A stretch of DNA of 64,000 bases from a virus (Duplodnaviria > Caudoviricetes), in the IMG/VR virus record IMGVR_UViG_3300025653_000020, positions 44,872-108,871 of that record; one strand, given 5' to 3'. Positions 60,801-64,000 of the stretch are shown here, one piece after another. Under the pieces are notes generated by a model, which was given only the letters and a program-made list of their open reading frames with translations, ran no database searches and was not told the DNA's origin. Both the position numbers and the translations under genes were made by a program. Each line of letters starts with the position of its first letter. The first letter of the stretch is position 1.

Positions 60801-63477
60801 AAGGAACTTCACTTACCGTAAATACGCCATTGAATCCAATCCTATCAGTTGCATTTGGATTTTCAGAACTTTCTATATTGCTTATTTCAACTGTAGATCC
60901 TACAAAAAGATCATGAGGAATTTCTGTAGTTATAGTAGATTGACCAGATAACCAAGAGGCATTAGATATAAATCTAAAATTTCTTAATTCTGAAATATTT
61001 TCAAGAGTTGCCGGAGTTGAAGATCCTCTAAGATATTTTGTAACTTCATTATCAGTCAATCCAGTTGTCTTATTGGATTCTTGGATAATAAATCCATCAG
61101 TTGGAGGTCTTGAAGTTATATTTGATGATGACGGAATTACATATCTCAATCTATACATTGTATCAAGTAAACTTCTAGAATCTAAAGTTCTTGTGATATA
61201 AGTTCTAGGAGTTGAATTACTTGAAAGTGATGGTAGAATTGGACCTATAGTATCATCAGAATTATCGATAGAAATATACCAGTTTCCAGTAACTGAAGCA
61301 GTTGGATCAAACTGAATTGGATGACCTATCTCTCCGGATTTCTTATCAGAAACTCTACTTACTACTCTTAAGTTTCCTCCTCTATTATTGACTATTATAA
61401 ATCTCAAACTATTTGCATCATTTAAAGATTTTGCAATCTTAAATTGAGTTAGTGGATCTGAAAGTCCATCAGTTATTGCAAAATAAACAGTATCACTTTC
61501 AACTCCATCTGGAAGATATCCATTTTCGCTAACAATTCTTATCTTTTCGCCATTACTCAGACCATGAACAGAAGAACAGTTAAAAATATTGTCAATAATA
61601 TTATTTAAATTTCCATTTTTACCAATATTTGTTGATTTTTCTTTTCCATTAGTTGTTCCTGGAATAACAATTTTTGAAGAATATGTTTTTCCATCAATGG
61701 TTACATTTAAATAATCATTTTCTTTTGCTCCAATTCTAAATCCATCAATTACAGAATTTGGTAAAATTGATCTATCTGTTTTTGTATAGAGGTATAATCT
61801 GCTTGGATTAATGAGGTTTTTGTCTATAGAATCAAACTCCAGAGAAGTTTCTCCTCCATCATTTTCTCTTGGGGGAATTATGTGGGTGACATATCCAACA
61901 TCGTCTCTTAGGAATGCTTTATTTCTAAATGCGGATGCTGTTAATGAGTTTGCACCAAAGTTTGAGTTTGAGTTTGTAATTGAAAGATCACCACCAGATT
62001 CTGCTAAGAAATGTCTGGTAAATCCAATAGCAAAAACGGAAACTACCTGAATAAATGCATTATTACTACACTTAATATGAACACTTTCATATGAAGGTTT
62101 ATGCTTTGCCAAAGAATCTGAATAGATATTTTGATCACCCGTTGCTAATTGATCAACATATTCTCCCTTTGTTGGACTATACTTAACAAATGCTTTGTTA
62201 TCTTTTTGCAGACCAATTCCCGTAAACTGGGCAACAACCATACTCTTGAATCCACCAGCTTTATCTCCATCTGCATGAAGACCATTCATTCCATAAACCG
62301 ATCTCAAAGAACAGTTAAAGATATATGGAGATGCCGAGTTAACAGTGTCTAAAATTAAGTTTACAGTTGCTCCTGTTGGATTCGCAATATTTGGAACAAG
62401 AGGTGGAATTTGAACTTGATATTCAAACTCAGTATCACTATTAACTTTACTTACTACTTGCTGTCCATTATATCCATCTTCAGCAATTCCACTAATCTGA
62501 ACTGGGGAATTGATATCTAAATTAGTAAATGGTTCGGTAAGTTGAACTGTAATTGTTTCATCTGTATTAATTCCATCTCCAGCACGAATACTAGAAATGC
62601 CAACTTCTTCACCTCTCGACCCTACAATTTGGAATTCATCAATCTTGGGTTCAATATCGATTGTTGCTGATGGATAATCTGGTTCAATACCTCTATCACT
62701 TGTTTCACCATAAGCAATACCTACTTTCTCGTAGTAAATATCAAGATCAGTTCTATCAGTGGAGAAGTTCTGAATAAATGCATCATTAATTGCTACCTTA
62801 TTGACACCATCTGCATATTCAAAACAAGTTAGTTTGTGGTGAGAAAATCTTGGGAAGAATGAATTTGCAGTGTAATCAATATAGCAAGGAGTGTTTGGAT
62901 CTGCATCAAATACAGTAAACTGCCATAAGTAACAAGCACCAGTTACTCTAAAAATTGCAGACCTTTCAACATTTACTCCATCAACATCATCTGGATTTGG
63001 AACATATCTTGGGCGAATTTTAGTCTTACGAAGATCATATCCAACGATAGAAGTTCCTCTTGGAATGATAACACCACCATAAATTGAGTTTAATTTATAG
63101 AGAGCATTATTTTCTGAGTTTAAATTAAAGTTAGTATTAATATCAAAAGGAGAGAAATCATCGCTGGAAGTGCCATTTCTTAAACGATACTGATTTACTC
63201 CTAAAGAAGCATCAGGGATCCATCCTGGTCTATTGTCAACAATATGCTCTCCAGGATAGAGGAGAATAGTTGTTTTACCAAATCTGTCATTATCAGTTCC
63301 TCTTTGATAAGAGAATCTCGCAGATTCAATTAATGCTCTTTGTATAGTTTTAAAGGGTCTAGTTAAAGAGTTGCCTTTGTTTTCTATACTATCCGTTGAA
63401 TCGATACTTGAAGGATCAACATAAAGAATTTCCCCACGAGTACTCTTCAGAAAATTATCCAGACGACTGAGACCCAT
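57859..63477 (-). CDS. Large conserved virion structural protein (1872 aa)
   Basis: MGLSRLDNFLK...PFKTIQRALIESARFSY; SMVVAQFTG; GHTFEYLGFGPGNYS. Confidence 0.85.
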   Translation of the reverse strand: MGLSRLDNFLKSTRGEILYVDPSSIDSTDSIENKGNSLTRPFKTIQRALIESARFSYQRGTDNDRFGKTTILLYPGEHIVDNRPGWIPDASLGVNQYRLRNGTSSDDFSPFDINTNFNLNSENNALYKLNSIYGGVIIPRGTSIVGYDLRKTKIRPRYVPNPDDVDGVNVERSAIFRVTGACYLWQFTVFDADPNTPCYIDYTANSFFPRFSHHKLTCFEYADGVNKVAINDAFIQNFSTDRTDLDIYYEKVGIAYGETSDRGIEPDYPSATIDIEPKIDEFQIVGSRGEEVGISSIRAGDGINTDETITVQLTEPFTNLDINSPVQISGIAEDGYNGQQVVSKVNSDTEFEYQVQIPPLVPNIANPTGATVNLILDTVNSASPYIFNCSLRSVYGMNGLHADGDKAGGFKSMVVAQFTGIGLQKDNKAFVKYSPTKGEYVDQLATGDQNIYSDSLAKHKPSYESVHIKCSNNAFIQVVSVFAIGFTRHFLAESGGDLSITNSNSNFGANSLTASAFRNKAFLRDDVGYVTHIIPPRENDGGETSLEFDSIDKNLINPSRLYLYTKTDRSILPNSVIDGFRIGAKENDYLNVTIDGKTYSSKIVIPGTTNGKEKSTNIGKNGNLNNIIDNIFNCSSVHGLSNGEKIRIVSENGYLPDGVESDTVYFAITDGLSDPLTQFKIAKSLNDANSLRFIIVNNRGGNLRVVSRVSDKKSGEIGHPIQFDPTASVTGNWYISIDNSDDTIGPILPSLSSNSTPRTYITRTLDSRSLLDTMYRLRYVIPSSSNITSRPPTDGFIIQESNKTTGLTDNEVTKYLRGSSTPATLENISELRNFRFISNASWLSGQSTITTEIPHDLFVGSTVEISNIESSENPNATDRIGFNGVFTVSEVPSRRTFKYVLSSNPGSFQNNVSRRDRSLPRFSKKRYSEIYSIYESEEIQTYIKGQQDGIYHLTVTNSSNSPSVSPYDSLNISQPIINLYPRFNRDNPNSDPKAAKSFAVPNPIGKVVVSDPEDSITKETIQKTVLDFGKNQNTIFEIVSNGAVGVPTSNHTVFTDIEHGLNRAISVTIGLPGSNYGTGIGLSETFYNAQLVSTTGFGSEASAKVIVDASGSLLDVDIIDGGSGYISGETLNVVGIATISGHVTGTVTVSEVYNNIGDNLKVEGIVNQNYKKYNGVYKVTGITGSKSFSAQSVSPINNPSVSAGVALTEFSPSYYTLTGKSLTIPALGLAYDSATGIATYATTPAKHGLNKNNKVVISGADDDFFNGEKLISSIPTKTSFTVNVGVKTTAVTTGSLTLNYDGLSSRGGTSSIDNENVFERMVYSYGNLSTNLTTSVDALLTATTLVVDNKYDLSIGDFLLINNEIVRIVGTVLSNNIEVERAVLGTIAQNHVTTDLVRRINVFPIEFRRNSIIRAGGHTFEYLGFGPGNYSSAFPERQDRELSPKEELLSQSSQFGAGAVIYTGMNNDGDFYIGNKKISSTGKGETFETPIPSVVGEANFNEAIEYITPDIVSVSKSIIVEGGLESDNISQFNGPVIFNEKISSNSANGIEVNNILIQGEATISRKVTVGLSTPAQEGNPGDIVFDAFPNVGGNVGWVYTADNKWARFGGISLSDNADVEFFDQIVVNSPGYVGTDPLVIGSGSNQFTVTSDGRAGIGTDPDSDPNVGLVVRGRIVGDGSGLTGVSDIWVKDAVGIHTITKVGINTNSAKSEFALYAEGSVAINGSLKVFEIIEKATIINNSASGTIPIYLGDNNVYYYLLESTSNWGIEFFGEQFTPTKLYLTDFMEVGETITVAIIAPQGATAAYYNNSIAIGQPGGAAPIQPYYYGGETINSGNLDGLDVYTYVIIRKSNTGGAGDQFTVLYSQAQYSL

Positions 63478-63508
63478 TTTTATTAATACTTATAGTTCCG
63501 TTATAAGT

Positions 63509-63516
63509 TATTTATC
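63509..63516 (-). promoter_or_regulatory. T4-type late promoter (GATAAATA)
   Basis: About 32 bp upstream of the 63477 start. Confidence 0.65.
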
Positions 63517-63520
63517 ACAT

Positions 63521-63546
63521 AAAAAAACCTCCCAGAGGGAGGTTTT
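63521..63546 (-). terminator. Intrinsic terminator
   Basis: AAAACCUCCC-UCU-GGGAGG followed by U7 on the minus strand. Confidence 0.85.
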
Positions 63547-63582
63547 GGTCAGCACATAAAGTGCATTTCCTTCACACGGACA
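63521..63582 (-). ncRNA. Candidate ~60-nt sRNA
   Basis: Lies between a perfect promoter and the terminator; only 3-5-codon ORFs inside. Confidence 0.6.
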
Positions 63583-63587
63583 TTAAT

Positions 63588-63616
63588 ATTATAGTGTAAT
63601 TATTCTTTTGTGTCAA
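63588..63616 (-). promoter_or_regulatory. Perfect sigma70 promoter TTGACA-17-TATAAT
   Basis: tgtcaa at 63611-16, attata at 63588-93. Confidence 0.85.
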
Positions 63617-63723
63617 GTTTTTTTATGATGGAAATAATACTCCAAGTAAAAAACAGAGTGACTGCTACGGCACCCATTGTGGTTATTGCAACTACACCAT
63701 ATCTATAAAAAAACTAAGTATTT

Positions 63724-63897
63724 TTACTTAGTTTGTGTTGATTCTAAGATATATTCTACAGTGTTTGCAATATCATTCATAGCAACACGAAGATCTTGTT
63801 GTTGTCCTGATTCTTGACGGCATATTGGACGACGATTGTCTGTAAGGGTCCAACGCCAAAGACTCATATCGTTACAATACCAAAGATTAATTCTCAT
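63724..63897 (-). CDS. Conserved cyanophage hypothetical protein (57 aa, MRINLWYC...)
   Basis: WRWTLTD...QESG...AMNDIANTVEY. Confidence 0.7.
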   Translation of the reverse strand: MRINLWYCNDMSLWRWTLTDNRRPICRQESGQQQDLRVAMNDIANTVEYILESTQTK

Positions 63898-64000
63898 TTT
63901 TGCTATGCTCCAACTTGACCCAGTTAAGGAGGGCATTGATTTCTGCTCTTTTTTCTTCCCCAAAGTCTTGCCCCTTGCTAAACATGTAGAAGTCTAATGC
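63887..64000 (-). CDS. 3' end of a hypothetical protein (partial)
   Basis: ...ALDFYMFSKGQDFGEEKRAEINALLNWVKLEHSKNEN*. Confidence 0.55.
   Translation of the reverse strand, partial: ALDFYMFSKGQDFGEEKRAEINALLNWVKLEHSKNEN

Noticed and set aside
1-64000. tRNA or rRNA genes, integrase, reverse transcriptase, photosynthesis AMGs
   Set aside because: No cloverleaf/T-loop signatures or diagnostic protein motifs recognised by eye; a tRNAscan and HMM run would be needed to exclude them fully

Overview
A 64 kb segment of a T4-like (Kyanoviridae-type) cyanomyophage genome, coded almost entirely on the minus strand. Left (1-14.4 kb): core baseplate genes (giant gp7-like wedge initiator running off the window, gp6, gp25) and small conserved cyanophage ORFs. 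Middle (14.6-40.4 kb): a hypervariable early region of small-gene cassettes. At least 21 cassettes start with the same 24-bp palindrome (TGTG(C/A)CA-N10-TG(G/T)CACA), usually placed 28-31 bp upstream of a -10 box. The cargo includes ArdA, three nuclease+methyltransferase modules whose MTase chains share a C-terminal [AG]RL[PF][VL] tail, two HNH nucleases, an SF2 helicase, a ParB/DpnI-like winged-helix fusion and an ORF-less cassette that looks like a structured ~115-nt RNA. A ~780-bp non-coding block of iteron-like and phased tandem repeats, partly bracketed by converging sigma70 and late promoters, is an origin candidate next to a GIY-YIG gene. Right (40.5-63.5 kb): late virion and tail-fibre genes (Gly-rich, collagen-like, S8 protease, giant structural proteins). 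At the far right a perfect sigma70 promoter and a terminator enclose a ~60-nt candidate sRNA nearly complementary to the cyanobacterial Yfr1 motif. All calls come from reading the sequence and motifs by eye; no database searches were run.
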